Counted from the stretch's first letter, positions 1-10,559 are shown. The stretch: DNA of 64,000 nt from Candidatus Latescibacterota bacterium (GCA_965223905.1 CBDCXV010000001.1:832001-896000); one strand, 5' to 3'. Made by a program: numbers and translations. The notes: generated by a model from the letters alone, not told the origin.

Positions 1-614
1 TCGGTCACGAGCATGCCGCCGTCGCCTGTGGTCAGGTTTTTCGTCGCCTGAAAGCTGAAACAGCCGATGTCCCCGAGAGCGCCGAGCATGCGCCCCTTGT
101 AGCGGCCGCCGCAACCGTGGGCGGAGTCCTCGACAACCGTGAGGCCGTGCTGGCCCGCAAGCGCCAGGATCGGGTCCATGTCGCAGGCGTGTCCGCCGTA
201 GTGGACGACCATGATCGCCCGCGTGGTCGGTGTGATCTTCTTGCGCAGCTCGTCGGCAGTGACGTTGAGGGTGCCGGGATCGATGTCGCAGAACACCGGA
301 CGCCCTCCGGCGTGGACGATCGCCTGGGTCGCGGAGACGAAGGTCATCGAGCTGGTCAGCACTTCCTGCCCCTCGACCTCCGCCGCGATCATGGCCAGGT
401 GCAGGGCCGCGGTAGCGGAGTTGAGGGAAACGGCGTGGCGGACACCGATGTAATCGGCAAAACGTTCCTCGAACGCGAGCGTTCGGGGACCGCGTCCGAT
501 CCAGCCCCCGGCCAGAACCTCGGATACGGCGCGGAATTCCTCCTCACCGAATGACGGCTTGAACAGCCGCAGGCGTTCGTCGTACGCGGCACTCGAAGCT
601 TCCGATTCCGTCAT
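1..614 (-). CDS. DegT/DnrJ/EryC1/StrS family PLP-dependent sugar aminotransferase (3' end runs off the window)
   Basis: Manual translation from ATG at 614 (ATGA overlap with the upstream stop): MTESEASSAAYDERLRLFKPSFGEEEF...VVEDSAH...GDIGCFSFQATKNLTTGDGGMLVT, containing the PLP-lysine motif. Confidence 0.92.
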   Translation of the reverse strand, partial: MTESEASSAAYDERLRLFKPSFGEEEFRAVSEVLAGGWIGRGPRTLAFEERFADYIGVRHAVSLNSATAALHLAMIAAEVEGQEVLTSSMTFVSATQAIVHAGGRPVFCDIDPGTLNVTADELRKKITPTTRAIMVVHYGGHACDMDPILALAGQHGLTVVEDSAHGCGGRYKGRMLGALGDIGCFSFQATKNLTTGDGGMLVT

Positions 615-1600
615 CTAACCGTCCTTTCCGGCCAATGCCGGCGGGTCCCCGGTGATAGCGGCGCCCAGTAGGATCGGTCCGTCACCGTGCGCCGCAGGAT
701 CCTCCAGTACGCCCGGAGCCGCTGTGCTCCCTCGTTCCTACTGGGGGACGGCAACAAGGCGGGAACCATCCACAAGGCGGATCGCAACAGCATCTCGACC
801 ACCGTGAGCAGCCTCAGCGCGTGCAGGCGGCCCTTTCCGAAGTGTTTCTCGAACAGGTAGAACAGACTTTGCTGACTGACGACCAGCATCTCATCGAGGT
901 TTTTGCGGATGCTTTGGCCGTCGTGATGGACGACGCGGCTCGACGGCAGGTATACCACCGACCAACCTTTTTTCCGAAGACGCATGCACCAGTCGAGATC
1001 CTCGAAGCACATGAAAATGTTGGGATCGAGGAATCCCGTTTCGGCGGCTGCCTCTCGGCGCACCATCAAGCACGCCCCCGTCACCCATCCGACGAGGCGG
1101 CGCTCTCCATGATGCCAGCGGCCCAATCTAAAGAACGGGAACATTCTGTGCAATAACAGCTTATGCACGATTTCGGAGTGCAGGCCGGGGGTCCTTCCGC
1201 ACGACATTTGCAGGGATCCGTCGGGGTATTCCAGCCGGGGGCCGACGGCCCCTGCGTCCGGATCGGAGTCGAGGTAGTCGACGAGTTCTCCGAGGGCTCC
1301 GACCTCGACCGCGGTGTCCGAATTGAGCAACAGGAGGCAGCGGCCGTCGGCGCGTTCCAGAGCGAGGTTGTTGCCGCGGCTGAAGCCGAGATTCTCCGGG
1401 CAGCGTATCAGCTCGACTTGGGGAAACCGGTCGGCGACCATGTCCGCGCTGCCGTCGCTCGAGGCGTTGTCGACCACCAGGACCTGCCAGCCGGCGCTGT
1501 CGGGGTCCGCGTAGACGGAACGCAGGCAGTCCTCGAGAAGGTCTCGCGTGTTCCAGCTGACGATGCAGATGGACAGCGAAACCTCGCCTGTTCCTGTCAC
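611..1600 (-). CDS. Glycosyltransferase family 2 (WbbL/rhamnosyltransferase-like)
   Basis: C-terminal part of ORF 611..2845: SICIVSWN, VDNASSDGS, NLGFSRGNN, LLNSD, GACLMVR, EDLDWC. GTG at 1600 overlaps the upstream TGA. Confidence 0.9.
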   Translation of the reverse strand: MTGTGEVSLSICIVSWNTRDLLEDCLRSVYADPDSAGWQVLVVDNASSDGSADMVADRFPQVELIRCPENLGFSRGNNLALERADGRCLLLLNSDTAVEVGALGELVDYLDSDPDAGAVGPRLEYPDGSLQMSCGRTPGLHSEIVHKLLLHRMFPFFRLGRWHHGERRLVGWVTGACLMVRREAAAETGFLDPNIFMCFEDLDWCMRLRKKGWSVVYLPSSRVVHHDGQSIRKNLDEMLVVSQQSLFYLFEKHFGKGRLHALRLLTVVEMLLRSALWMVPALLPSPSRNEGAQRLRAYWRILRRTVTDRSYWAPLSPGTRRHWPERTVR

Positions 1601-2919
1601 TTGAGTCCCCCCGCTTCCAGGAGGCCGAGCAGCGCGGTGCGGGCCCGGTCTTCCCACAACCAGACGAAACCGTTGGCGGCAACCAGGCCAGCCAGCAAGG
1701 CCGCGGTTCGCGCGGCCCCCCAGCGCTGCCAGGCGAAGTGTGCGAAGGCGGCGGCAAACAGGATGAACAACGGCTCCAGGGGCAGGCGGAAACGCGCCGA
1801 CCCGTAGAGGATGGTAGAAAAGGTGAAGACGAAAGCGACGATGACGGCGGCCAGCAGATCGAAGCCCCTGCGTCTCCAGAATAGGAGAAGACCCGCGGCG
1901 AACAGGGGCAGGATCACCATGAAGGAGAGGTTGTACCCGGGCTGGAAAAAGTACCAGAAACGCAGGAAGCGCTCCCCCACCGAGCGCAGGTAGAGGGCGG
2001 GATCCCCTGATACGAGCCGTATCCCCTGGGCGAGCCAGTAGCGGTCGCGCTCGACTTCGCCAGGCATGCGCTCGAAGGTGCGTTTCTCGATTCGCCAGCC
2101 ATCCGCCTGTTTCCAGTCCGGACTCGGTCCGTTGCTGCGGGCGAACACGAAGCCGCCATGCGTCGATATCGGCACAAAGGCGGAGTGCACCTGGAAGTTG
2201 CGCGCCGTCCAGGGGACCACAGTGGCGGCGACACCGAGGGTTATCCACAGGCACCGGCGCCAGCGGCCCCCGCCGGTGAACTGCGAGTGCAGCATTTCGA
2301 CCGGCCACAGCACGAGCGCCACCGGTCTGGTAAGGGCCGCAAAGCCGATCGCCACTCCGACGGCCATCAGCCGCGGGCCGCCGGCCTCGGCCGTGAGACG
2401 GGTGGAGATCGACAGGTAGAGGGCCAACACCAGCAGGAACGCGAACAGCGTCTCCGTCATTACCTCGCTGGCACTCGCCACCAGCGGCATGTAGAGGGAG
2501 GCTGCCACTCCCGCTATCAGCGCCGCCTGCGGGCAGATGGCCCTGGCGGTCGCGTACACGGTTACCGCCGTGGCTGCCCCGAGGAATGACTGAGCGATTT
2601 TGACGGCGCCGTGGGAAAAACCGAAAAGACCGTACACCCCCGCCAGAAAGCCGGGGTACAGCGGGGCCCTCCATGATCTCATGTCGTAGCCGAACCAGTT
2701 TTCCCGCGCCACGAAACCTTCCCCGGCGAGCAGGTTGGCGGCGATCTCGTCGTAGTCGGGGGTGTCCTGGGCGGGCACCTCCATGCCGAGGGAGGCGCAT
2801 CCCAGCCGCATGGCCGCGGCCAGGGCGAAGAGCGCGATTCCCCATTGGCGCGGGATAAGGACCCGGTCCCTTTTCCGGGACACCGCAGGCTGTCCGGGGA
2901 GCGTACCGGCGCCGTTCAC
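1597..2919 (-). CDS. Membrane glycosyltransferase, ArnT/PMT (GT-C fold) family
   Basis: DTPDY...IAANL, WRAPLYPGFLA, TETLF, PWTARN, RFRLP with many hydrophobic segments. GTG at 2919 overlaps the upstream stop. Confidence 0.8.
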   Translation of the reverse strand: MNGAGTLPGQPAVSRKRDRVLIPRQWGIALFALAAAMRLGCASLGMEVPAQDTPDYDEIAANLLAGEGFVARENWFGYDMRSWRAPLYPGFLAGVYGLFGFSHGAVKIAQSFLGAATAVTVYATARAICPQAALIAGVAASLYMPLVASASEVMTETLFAFLLVLALYLSISTRLTAEAGGPRLMAVGVAIGFAALTRPVALVLWPVEMLHSQFTGGGRWRRCLWITLGVAATVVPWTARNFQVHSAFVPISTHGGFVFARSNGPSPDWKQADGWRIEKRTFERMPGEVERDRYWLAQGIRLVSGDPALYLRSVGERFLRFWYFFQPGYNLSFMVILPLFAAGLLLFWRRRGFDLLAAVIVAFVFTFSTILYGSARFRLPLEPLFILFAAAFAHFAWQRWGAARTAALLAGLVAANGFVWLWEDRARTALLGLLEAGGLK

Positions 2920-4292
2920 CGGACTCCTGCGACGCGGTCGAAACAGGCAGCGAGCCGTCGCGTCAACTCGCGCCGGTGAAAGGGCCTGAGCGCCGCCGGG
3001 TCGGCGCCGTGGGCCGCGCCCTCGCAGCACTCGCGGTAAAGCCGCACCAGGGCGCCGCGGATAGCCTCTACGTCGTCCGGGGGGACGCAGATACCGGCAT
3101 GCAGTGCGGCCATCATGCGCGCCACCATACCCTCCCCGCACAGGGCGAGAATGGGGCGTCCCGTCGCCGCGTACTCGAAGAACTTGCCGGGAACGTTAGA
3201 GGACGGCCACGGACGCGGGTGATCGACGAGAAGGAGGACATCCGCCCGGCGCTGAAGCTCTAGCGCTGACTCCCGGTCCACTTCACCGGGGATCGCGGCC
3301 ATCCCGGCGCGCAGCAGCGGCCCTGCCGCTTCCCGCTCCGGCGTGCTAAGGCTGCCGACCAGCTCGAGCCGGATGCGCCTGCGCCATTCCGCGTCCTGAT
3401 GAAGCAGGGACTCCAGGGCGGCGAACAACGCCAGCGGCGATCGCTGCGGATGGCTCCCGGAAAAACTGCCGGTGTGAAGGACACGCATCGGACCTGGGAC
3501 GCACTCGTCCGGCGGGTTCGACCCCGGATCCTGGGTGCCCCGGGCTCCCTGGAACAGGGGCCCTGCAGGCCCGGGGCTGTCCTCTTGAGTCTCCTGGGGA
3601 TCGAAACCGTTGGTGATCACCTCGATTTTGCCTCCACTGTCCGGATACGCGGCGCCCAAATACTCGGCGCTGATCTCCGTCGTCGCTATTACCGCGTCCG
3701 CGGCGCTGACGACCCGTTCCTCGAGACGGCGTTCGAGCTCGCGGCGGAACGGCATGTCGTCGAGCCCCGGGTCGAGAGGGTCGTATATCCAGCTGTCGCG
3801 GAAATCGGCTACCCAGGGCAGGGCTGTCCACCGTTGAAGAAACAGGCCGGCCAGGTGGGCGCTTGCCGGCGGGGACGTCGTGTAGATCAGGTCGACCTCG
3901 TGCCGGCGCAGGTAGCGGAGTGCCTTGACGGCCGCCGCCGGAGCCCAGGTGATCTGGCCATCGGGAACAAGCAGCCGGCGTCCCAGCAGCCGAATGGCGT
4001 CTGTCAGGGGGGAACGGGTCCTCGCCGTCGAGGGCCGTGGTTGGCCGCCGGTGCCGCGGTTGAAAAGAAACCGGTAGGCGTGGAGGGGTTCCCAGGCCCG
4101 CAACGCCCCGTCTTCCTTTTTCGGGCGGCCGAAAGCGGTCGTCGTGAGCACCACCGGCCGGTACCCGAATTCCGGCAGGTATCGGGTGAATTTGAGGGTG
4201 CGTTCGACGCCCCCCGACCTGATCGGAGGATAGTGGTAGGCGACAAAGAGAGCGGTTCTCGCGGCGGGAACTCTCTCCTGCTGATCGCTCAT
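2916..4292 (-). CDS. Glycosyltransferase family 4
   Basis: AYHYPP..SGGVER, TSPPASAHL, WVADFRDSW, VITNGFD, PGKFFEYAATGRPIL. Confidence 0.9.
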   Translation of the reverse strand: MSDQQERVPAARTALFVAYHYPPIRSGGVERTLKFTRYLPEFGYRPVVLTTTAFGRPKKEDGALRAWEPLHAYRFLFNRGTGGQPRPSTARTRSPLTDAIRLLGRRLLVPDGQITWAPAAAVKALRYLRRHEVDLIYTTSPPASAHLAGLFLQRWTALPWVADFRDSWIYDPLDPGLDDMPFRRELERRLEERVVSAADAVIATTEISAEYLGAAYPDSGGKIEVITNGFDPQETQEDSPGPAGPLFQGARGTQDPGSNPPDECVPGPMRVLHTGSFSGSHPQRSPLALFAALESLLHQDAEWRRRIRLELVGSLSTPEREAAGPLLRAGMAAIPGEVDRESALELQRRADVLLLVDHPRPWPSSNVPGKFFEYAATGRPILALCGEGMVARMMAALHAGICVPPDDVEAIRGALVRLYRECCEGAAHGADPAALRPFHRRELTRRLAACFDRVAGVR

Positions 4293-4461
4293 GAATTGCT
4301 CGATCTCGAAGGGGGACCTGCGCGAACTCCCGGGAAAAGAAGAGGAGGAAAAATAAGCGGCTGAGACTTTCCGACCTCAAGGAATCGGCGCGAAGGCCGA
4401 TGGCCGCCCGCCGGTGATTGGGTTATATTGGTGACCTCGTTTTGCAGGAGTCGAGCCGAAA

Positions 4462-4935
4462 ATGACCTTGCTGGAAATCCTGTCTTCCGAGACCACGATC
4501 GTCGGTCTCAAAGGCAACAGCAAAGAAGAAATCATCGAGGAACTGGTCGATTGTCTCGATGCCGGTGACGCGATCTCAGATCGCGACAAGGTGTTGCAGG
4601 CCGTAGTCGAGCGCGAAAAAATCATGAGTACGGGGATAGGCGACGGCATCGCCATTCCCCACGGGAAATCCGATGCCGTTCAATGGCTCGTCGCTGCTCT
4701 GGGAACCCACCGGCGTGGCGTCGATTTCGAGGCCCTCGACGGCGAGCCGGCGTTCGTGTTCTTCCTGCTGGTCTCACCCGCCAACGTCTCCGGTCCGCAC
4801 ATCAAGGCGCTGGCGCGCATCTCCCGGCTGCTGAAAAACGATGAGTTCAAGAAGAGCCTGATCGAGGCTTCGACACCCGCAGAGGTGCTCGAAGCGATTG
4901 CGGAGGAAGAGAAGCAGTACCCTGCTTCCGGATAG
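4462..4935 (+). CDS. ptsN: PTS IIA (Ntr/fructose-type) component
   Basis: EREKIMSTGIGDGIAIPHGK with the phospho-His, GVDFEALDGEP, HIKALARISR. AGGAG RBS upstream. Confidence 0.88.
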   Translation: MTLLEILSSETTIVGLKGNSKEEIIEELVDCLDAGDAISDRDKVLQAVVEREKIMSTGIGDGIAIPHGKSDAVQWLVAALGTHRRGVDFEALDGEPAFVFFLLVSPANVSGPHIKALARISRLLKNDEFKKSLIEASTPAEVLEAIAEEEKQYPASG

Positions 4936-5025
4936 CTCCGCCCGGGAGACCGCCGCCCGCCGCGGCCCCGGATCTCATCCCTTTCCCGCTTCCAGCAGTA
5001 CAAGGACCCCCGCCGGTCGGGTGCC

Positions 5026-7137
5026 GTGCAGTTCCTCAACCCCGCGGCGCTGATCGCCCTGGCGGCCGCGGCAGTTCCCCTGGCCGTTCACCTGCTGCAT
5101 CGCGGCAGTTCCCAGCCCCTTCCGTTCAGCAACCTCCGTTTCCTGCGCCGCCTGCACCAGAGCCGCATGCGCAGCATCCGCCTGCGCCAGTGGCTGGTTC
5201 TGCTGCTGCGCACTCTCGCTGTGGCCGCACTCGTCCTCGCCTTCGCGCGTCCTGCCTTGCGCGGCGGAGAGGGGGGATGGTTCGGCCGGCCGGCCCCGGT
5301 GGCTGCGGCGATCCTGCTCGACGCCTCGTACAGCACGGGATACCGGCCGGGGTCGGTGCGCATCTTCGAGCTCTTGCGGTCCCAGGCGATCGACCTGCTG
5401 GAGCTGTTTACCCCCGGGGACGAGGTTCGCGTCATCCCCTTTGCCTCCGCTGCGGTCCCGATCGACGGGAAGCTGCCGCAGGAGCTGCGGGAGCTCGCGG
5501 TGCGCCAGGAAGGGACCGACGTCGAGGCGGCACTTCGCGCCGCCGAGCGCCACTTCGAGGAGGCCGGCCTGCGGCGAGAGCTCTTCATCTGTTCCGATCT
5601 CGCAGCCCCGGGCTGGGTGAAGGTCGTCGCCAGACGCTCCCCAGAGTGGTCGCAAACGGCGATCTACACCACCGATCTCCAGCTTTCCGGCCGCGGCAAT
5701 CGCTATCTCTCGGCCGTGGACGCCGGCAGCTGGATGGCCGCTCCGGGCGGCAGATGGCGGATCCGGGCCGAGGTGGTCAACTCCTCGGAAATCCGCTCGG
5801 AGAAGTTCGCCGCCGATCTGTTCATCGACGGGGAGAGGATGCAACGGCGCACGGTCGAGCTTCAACCCGGGGAGCGCTCCGAGCTGGGGTTTGCCACCAC
5901 TCCCCGCCGCGACGGTTTCACCAGCGGATACGTAGAGATCGAAGAGGATGCCTTGACGCTCGACGACAGGCGCTACTTCACCGCTTTCATTCCGCGGCAG
6001 GTTCGCGTGGTGATGGCTGGCGATTCCGGGGATCTCTACTTCGCGCAGCAGGCGCTGGCAGCAGCCGCCTCTGGCGATCCCAGCCTGGAGCTCGACAGCA
6101 GTTCCCCGGGTTCTCTCGGTTCCGGGGTTCTTGACGAGGCCGGGGTGCTGATCCTGTGCAACGTCTCGCAGCTCGGCAGCGAGCAGATCGGGGCCGTCCG
6201 CGATTTCGCGGCGCGGGGAGGGGGGGTCGTTGTATTTCCCGGCCCGGACGCCGACATCAGCTACCTCAACCGCCATCTCCTTTCCACCTTGATTCCGGCC
6301 TCGATCGTGAAAGCGGTCGGGCGCCCGGGGCCCGCGGGCCGGAGACCGGCTTCCTTCCTCCGCCTCGATCCCGCGGCCTCGGACGAGGTCCTGCTCGAGG
6401 GTCTGACCGAGGCTGCTGCCAGGCCTCGTTTCTTCGCCGCCTTCTCCCTGATGACCAACCCCGGCGTTTCGGCGCTGCTCTCTTTCGGGGATGGCTCCCC
6501 GGCCGCGGCCATGGCCTGGCGCCGGATGGGGCGCGTCGTCCTGTTCGCGGTCCCGCTGTCGCTCGAGTGGAGCGAGCTGCCGTCGAGCGCGCTGTTCGCC
6601 CCGTTGCTTCAGCGTCTCTGCCGGCTGCTGGGCACTCCCTCGCAGGGCGGGGGTGGCTACCTGGTCGGTCAGACGGTTCGCCGCCTTCTCCTCGGGGTAG
6701 TTCCAGGCGACCGTGTCGAGGTCCGGACTCCGAGCGGCCGGCGCTACTTCCAGTCGGCCGAGGCGAACTCCGAGGGGACCTTCTGGACCGGGCGTCCTGC
6801 CGAAGCGGGGGTGTGGCGTCTCGAAAAAGGGGGCGAGGTCGTCGACCGCTTCGCCGTCAATGTCGACACCCGCGAGTCGAATCTGGAGGAGGTCTCTCCC
6901 GGCCAGCTCGAGCGCATCTTCGGCCCGGCGCGGGTCGTGCCGCTGGCGTCGGACGCGGACCTGCGCGAACAGGTTCTTGTTCGGCGTTATGGCCGCGAAC
7001 TGTGGCGGGAGTTCCTGCTCGCCGCCCTGGCGCTCCTGCTTGCGGAATCCTGGCTCGCGCGAGCGCCCCGATCGGCAAGCCAGACGGCTGAGGAGGAGCC
7101 GGTTCAGCCGGCCTCCCGCAGCGCCTCGAAGGTGTAG
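5026..7137 (+). CDS. BatA N-terminal domain / vWA domain-containing membrane protein
   Basis: FLNP..L.ALAAAAVPLAVHLL...FSNLRFL, ILLDASYS (MIDAS-like), FAVNVDTRESNL, C-terminal ELWREFLLAALALLLAESWL. Confidence 0.85.
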   Translation: MQFLNPAALIALAAAAVPLAVHLLHRGSSQPLPFSNLRFLRRLHQSRMRSIRLRQWLVLLLRTLAVAALVLAFARPALRGGEGGWFGRPAPVAAAILLDASYSTGYRPGSVRIFELLRSQAIDLLELFTPGDEVRVIPFASAAVPIDGKLPQELRELAVRQEGTDVEAALRAAERHFEEAGLRRELFICSDLAAPGWVKVVARRSPEWSQTAIYTTDLQLSGRGNRYLSAVDAGSWMAAPGGRWRIRAEVVNSSEIRSEKFAADLFIDGERMQRRTVELQPGERSELGFATTPRRDGFTSGYVEIEEDALTLDDRRYFTAFIPRQVRVVMAGDSGDLYFAQQALAAAASGDPSLELDSSSPGSLGSGVLDEAGVLILCNVSQLGSEQIGAVRDFAARGGGVVVFPGPDADISYLNRHLLSTLIPASIVKAVGRPGPAGRRPASFLRLDPAASDEVLLEGLTEAAARPRFFAAFSLMTNPGVSALLSFGDGSPAAAMAWRRMGRVVLFAVPLSLEWSELPSSALFAPLLQRLCRLLGTPSQGGGGYLVGQTVRRLLLGVVPGDRVEVRTPSGRRYFQSAEANSEGTFWTGRPAEAGVWRLEKGGEVVDRFAVNVDTRESNLEEVSPGQLERIFGPARVVPLASDADLREQVLVRRYGRELWREFLLAALALLLAESWLARAPRSASQTAEEEPVQPASRSASKV

Positions 7138-7439
7138 ATCCCGGTGTCGTGGCCGTCGGCCCAGGTGATGCGGATGCCGTAGCGGCCGACGTGCTCGAAC
7201 CTCAATGCCTCGGCGGTCGCGGTCTCCGCCTCTCCCTCCAGCACCGGCAGCTCCCCGGTTGCCGACGGCTCGCTGGCCCGGCGCGCCTCCCGGCACATCG
7301 CGCAGGGACAGCTGCGGCGCAGCTCGCTCAGGAGGGCCTGCGAGCTGGTTCCGTCGCTCCAGGCGATTTCCATGTGCTCCCCTGTCAGGGTGATGGCGGT
7401 GGGTCGCGTCCTCCTCTGCCTGGCCACGGGCAACCTCAC
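7104..7439 (-). CDS. DUF971 / gamma-butyrobetaine hydroxylase-like N-terminal domain protein
   Basis: IAWSDG, LRRSCPCAMC, VGRYGIRITWADGHDTGIYTF. The start is uncertain; GTG at 7439 overlaps the rimO stop. Confidence 0.85.
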   Translation of the reverse strand: MRLPVARQRRTRPTAITLTGEHMEIAWSDGTSSQALLSELRRSCPCAMCREARRASEPSATGELPVLEGEAETATAEALRFEHVGRYGIRITWADGHDTGIYTFEALREAG

Positions 7440-8767
7440 CACACAGGGCCGAGGGCGCGCGCCGTCAGCTCGTACGGGTAGGCCCCTACGATCTCGACTT
7501 CGGCGAAATTCCCCGGTTGCAGCCCTGCTTGGCCGGCGTCGATGGCGACGCTGCCGTCGATCTCGGGGGCGTCGCGCTGCAGGCGGCCGCGGAAATGGCC
7601 ACCTGCCTCGGTATCCCGCTCGTCGACCAGCGCGGTGTGACGGGTGCCGACGTGGCCGAGGTTGACCTCCGCGGAGATGCGGTCCTGAAGTTCGGTCAGG
7701 CGCCGGTAGCGCTCCTCTTTCACCTCCTCGGCGACCGGCTGGTCGAGATCCGCGGCCGCGGTTCCCTCTTCCGGCGAGTAGATGAAACAGGTCGCATTGT
7801 CGAAGCGGCTGTCCTCGATGAATTGGAGCAGCTCCTCGAACTGGGCCTCGGTTTCGCCGGGAAAGCCGACGATGAACGACGAGCGCAGTCCGACTCCGGG
7901 CATGCGGGTGCGCAGCTTTTCGAGCAACTCGAGGGTCTTGCGCCGGGTGGTCGCCCGCTTCATGCGCGCCAGCACCGGGTCCGAGATATGCTGCAACGGC
8001 ATGTCGATGTAGTTGCACATGACCGGCGTGGCGGCGAAAAAATCGATCAGCTCATCGCTCCAGAACGCCGGGTAGGTGTACATCAGGCGCATCCACCCGA
8101 GGCCCTCGACAGCGGCCAGCTTGCGCAGCAGGGGCAGCAGCTCGAAGCGGCCGTAGAGGTCCTTGCCGTAGCGCACCGAGTCCTGGGAGACGAGGACCAG
8201 CTCGCGCGCGCCAGCGGCGGTCAGTCGCTCAGCCTCGGCCACGAGGGCTTCCACCGGCTCGCTGCGGTGCCTGCCCTTGATCAGCGGGATCGCACAGAAG
8301 GCGCACTGATGGTCGCAGCCGTCGGAGATGCGGAGATAGGCCCAGTGGCGGGGGGTCGTCTGCAGCCGCGGGGCGCTGTCGATGTAACGCTCCCGCGCCC
8401 GCCCGAGCAGGCGGTCGACGTAGCGGGCGATCTCCTTCTCCTGACTGAGTGTCAGGATTTCGTCCGCTTCCTCGGCGAGCTCCCTGCGCAAGTCGGGGCG
8501 GTAGCGCTCGGCGAGGCAGCCGGTGACGATGACCCCCTTGCAGACCCCGGTTTCCCTGAGCTCGTGAGCGGCGAGGATGGCATCAATCGACTCCTCCTTG
8601 GCGGGGCCGATGAAGCCGCAGGTGTTGACGATGACGACGTCGGCAGCCTGCGGGTCGGAGGTCGTTTCGTAGCCGTTGCCGTCGAGCAGTCCCAGCATGC
8701 GCTCCGAATCGACGGTGTTCTTGGGGCACCCGAGGCTGACGAGGTGGATTTTGGCTCTGGCGGTCAT
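7436..8767 (-). CDS. rimO: Ribosomal protein S12 methylthiotransferase RimO
   Basis: SLGCPKNTVDSE, NTCGFI, GCLAERY, radical SAM CDHQCAFC, C-terminal TRAM region DAPEIDG. Confidence 0.95.
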   Translation of the reverse strand: MTARAKIHLVSLGCPKNTVDSERMLGLLDGNGYETTSDPQAADVVIVNTCGFIGPAKEESIDAILAAHELRETGVCKGVIVTGCLAERYRPDLRRELAEEADEILTLSQEKEIARYVDRLLGRARERYIDSAPRLQTTPRHWAYLRISDGCDHQCAFCAIPLIKGRHRSEPVEALVAEAERLTAAGARELVLVSQDSVRYGKDLYGRFELLPLLRKLAAVEGLGWMRLMYTYPAFWSDELIDFFAATPVMCNYIDMPLQHISDPVLARMKRATTRRKTLELLEKLRTRMPGVGLRSSFIVGFPGETEAQFEELLQFIEDSRFDNATCFIYSPEEGTAAADLDQPVAEEVKEERYRRLTELQDRISAEVNLGHVGTRHTALVDERDTEAGGHFRGRLQRDAPEIDGSVAIDAGQAGLQPGNFAEVEIVGAYPYELTARALGPVW

Positions 8768-8777
8768 GTCGTGGGAA

Positions 8778-9878
8778 TCAGGGATATGCCTCCTGAATGT
8801 ACTCGACCCCGGCGCTTACCACTCTCTCGTCGACGTCTTCGATCAGGCTCACCTCGCCGATGCGGCGGCCGAGAACGAAGCGCAGCCTGCCGTCGCGGCG
8901 CTTCTTGTCGGCATGGGTGCGCTCGACGATGCTCGCCGCCCGAACCCGGCTGATCCCGGGCGGTACTCCCAGGCGCTCGAGCAGCGCATCCTGGCGCCGC
9001 TGTTCCGCTGCCGGCCAGGTGCCGAGCAGCCTGGCGATCTGTCCGGCCGCGGCCATGCCGAGAATCACGGCCTCGCCGTGACGGTACCCCTGGTAGCCGG
9101 TCGCCGCTTCGATCGCGTGGCCGATGGTGTGGCCGTAGTTGAGAATGGCACGCAGGCCGCCCTCCTTCTCGTCGCCCGAGACCACGGAAGCCTTGATGGC
9201 GGCGTTGCGGGCGATCAGCCAGTCGAGCTCCCCTGAATCGATCTCCAGGGCGACGACCTTTTCGATGTCTCGTTCGAGATACTCGAAGAGCTCGGCGTCG
9301 CCAATGACCGCGTGCTTGACGACCTCCGACATTCCGGCGACGCGCTCGGAAACCGGCAGAGTCCGCAGCGTGGCGGGGTCGGCCAGCACCAGGCGCGGCT
9401 GGTGGAAGGCGCCGATCGTGTTCTTGCCGAGGGCGTGGTTGACCGCGGTCTTGCCCCCGATGCTGGCGTCGACCTGGGCGACGATCGTCGTCGGCACCTG
9501 CACGAAGTCGACGCCGCGCAGAAAGGTCGCCGCGACAAACCCGGCGAGGTCCCCGACGACACCGCCGCCGACAGCGGCGATCCAGCAGCCGCGGTCCATG
9601 CGCGCTTCGATCAGCCGCCCGAAGATGCGCTCGGCAGCAGCGAGGTTCTTTTCCGAGTCGCCCCCGGAGAAGAGGATTTCGGTCACTCGAAAGCCGGCGC
9701 CGCGCAGACTCTCGGAAAGAAGTGGAACGCAGCTGTCCGCAAGGGCGGTGTCGGCGATCACCACCGCCCGGTTGCCGAGGCCGAGCTCCCGGCAGCGCCG
9801 CCCGATCTCCGGGAGGATGCCGCTGCCGACCACGACCTCGTAGCCGCGATCCCCCAGCTCGACGGCTACGGACGGCAT
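8778..9878 (-). CDS. aroB: 3-dehydroquinate synthase
   Basis: GGGVVGDLAGFVAATFLRG, VPTTIVAQVDASIGGKTAVN, LNYGHTIGHAIE, HGEAV, DKK. ATG at 9878. Confidence 0.96.
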   Translation of the reverse strand: MPSVAVELGDRGYEVVVGSGILPEIGRRCRELGLGNRAVVIADTALADSCVPLLSESLRGAGFRVTEILFSGGDSEKNLAAAERIFGRLIEARMDRGCWIAAVGGGVVGDLAGFVAATFLRGVDFVQVPTTIVAQVDASIGGKTAVNHALGKNTIGAFHQPRLVLADPATLRTLPVSERVAGMSEVVKHAVIGDAELFEYLERDIEKVVALEIDSGELDWLIARNAAIKASVVSGDEKEGGLRAILNYGHTIGHAIEAATGYQGYRHGEAVILGMAAAGQIARLLGTWPAAEQRRQDALLERLGVPPGISRVRAASIVERTHADKKRRDGRLRFVLGRRIGEVSLIEDVDERVVSAGVEYIQEAYP

Positions 9879-10405
9879 GGCGGCATCCGCTCGAGAAATC
9901 GGTGAATTTCCTCCGCGGCCTCTTCGGGGGTCCGTTCCCGGCACGACTGCACCGTCATGTCGGCGGCGGCGTAGAACGGGGCCCGCTCGATCAGCATGCG
10001 CTCGATTTTTTCCCGTTTCTGTTCCATGGTCAGCCCGGCGAGCAAGGGGCGGGTCTCCTTGCGGCCGACCCGCTCCAGTATCGTGTCCGCGTCCGCTTGA
10101 AGACAGACGAGCAGGCCCGGCGATTGGCGGACGGCGTCGCGGTTGCGCTCCTGGGTGATGGCGCCGCCGCCGAGGGCGACGACGACGTCGCGGCGCCGAG
10201 CGACCTCGACTACGCAGCCGTGCTCGAGATCCCGGAACCAGTCCTCGCCTTTGTCCGCAAAAATATCCGCGATCGCCATGCCGGCGCGCTCCTCCACCAT
10301 GTCGTCGGTATCGATGAACCTGCGTCCCATGCGCCGGGCCAGCAGGCGCCCCACCTTGCTTTTGCCGGTCGCCATGAACCCGGTGAGGAAAACCGGGCCG
10401 TTCAC
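9866..10405 (-). CDS. aroK: Shikimate kinase
   Basis: FLTGFMATGKSKVG P-loop, DTD, GEDWFRDLE, ALGGG, RPLL. Likely GTG start at 10405. Confidence 0.93.
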   Translation of the reverse strand: MNGPVFLTGFMATGKSKVGRLLARRMGRRFIDTDDMVEERAGMAIADIFADKGEDWFRDLEHGCVVEVARRRDVVVALGGGAITQERNRDAVRQSPGLLVCLQADADTILERVGRKETRPLLAGLTMEQKREKIERMLIERAPFYAAADMTVQSCRERTPEEAAEEIHRFLERMPPCRP

Positions 10406-10559
10406 GGGTCGCACCGGCCCCCGGCCGGCAGAAGCCGGGCCCGGGCACACTCCCACCGGCGTGTACTGGGAAGGACACTGCTGTGTGAGCCGAAGCCGGG
10501 CTCGAACGGCTTCGGCCGCGGCCTGCAGGCACCGATGGTCAGCTGCGCGAAGCCCATAA

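Noticed and set aside
611-2845. Apparent 744-aa fusion ORF, and similar N-terminal extensions of aroB (to 10532), trpG (to 20011) and 54786..56753
   Set aside because: The extensions are Arg/Pro/Gly-rich off-frame readings of the upstream gene. The real starts sit at or near the upstream stop codons.
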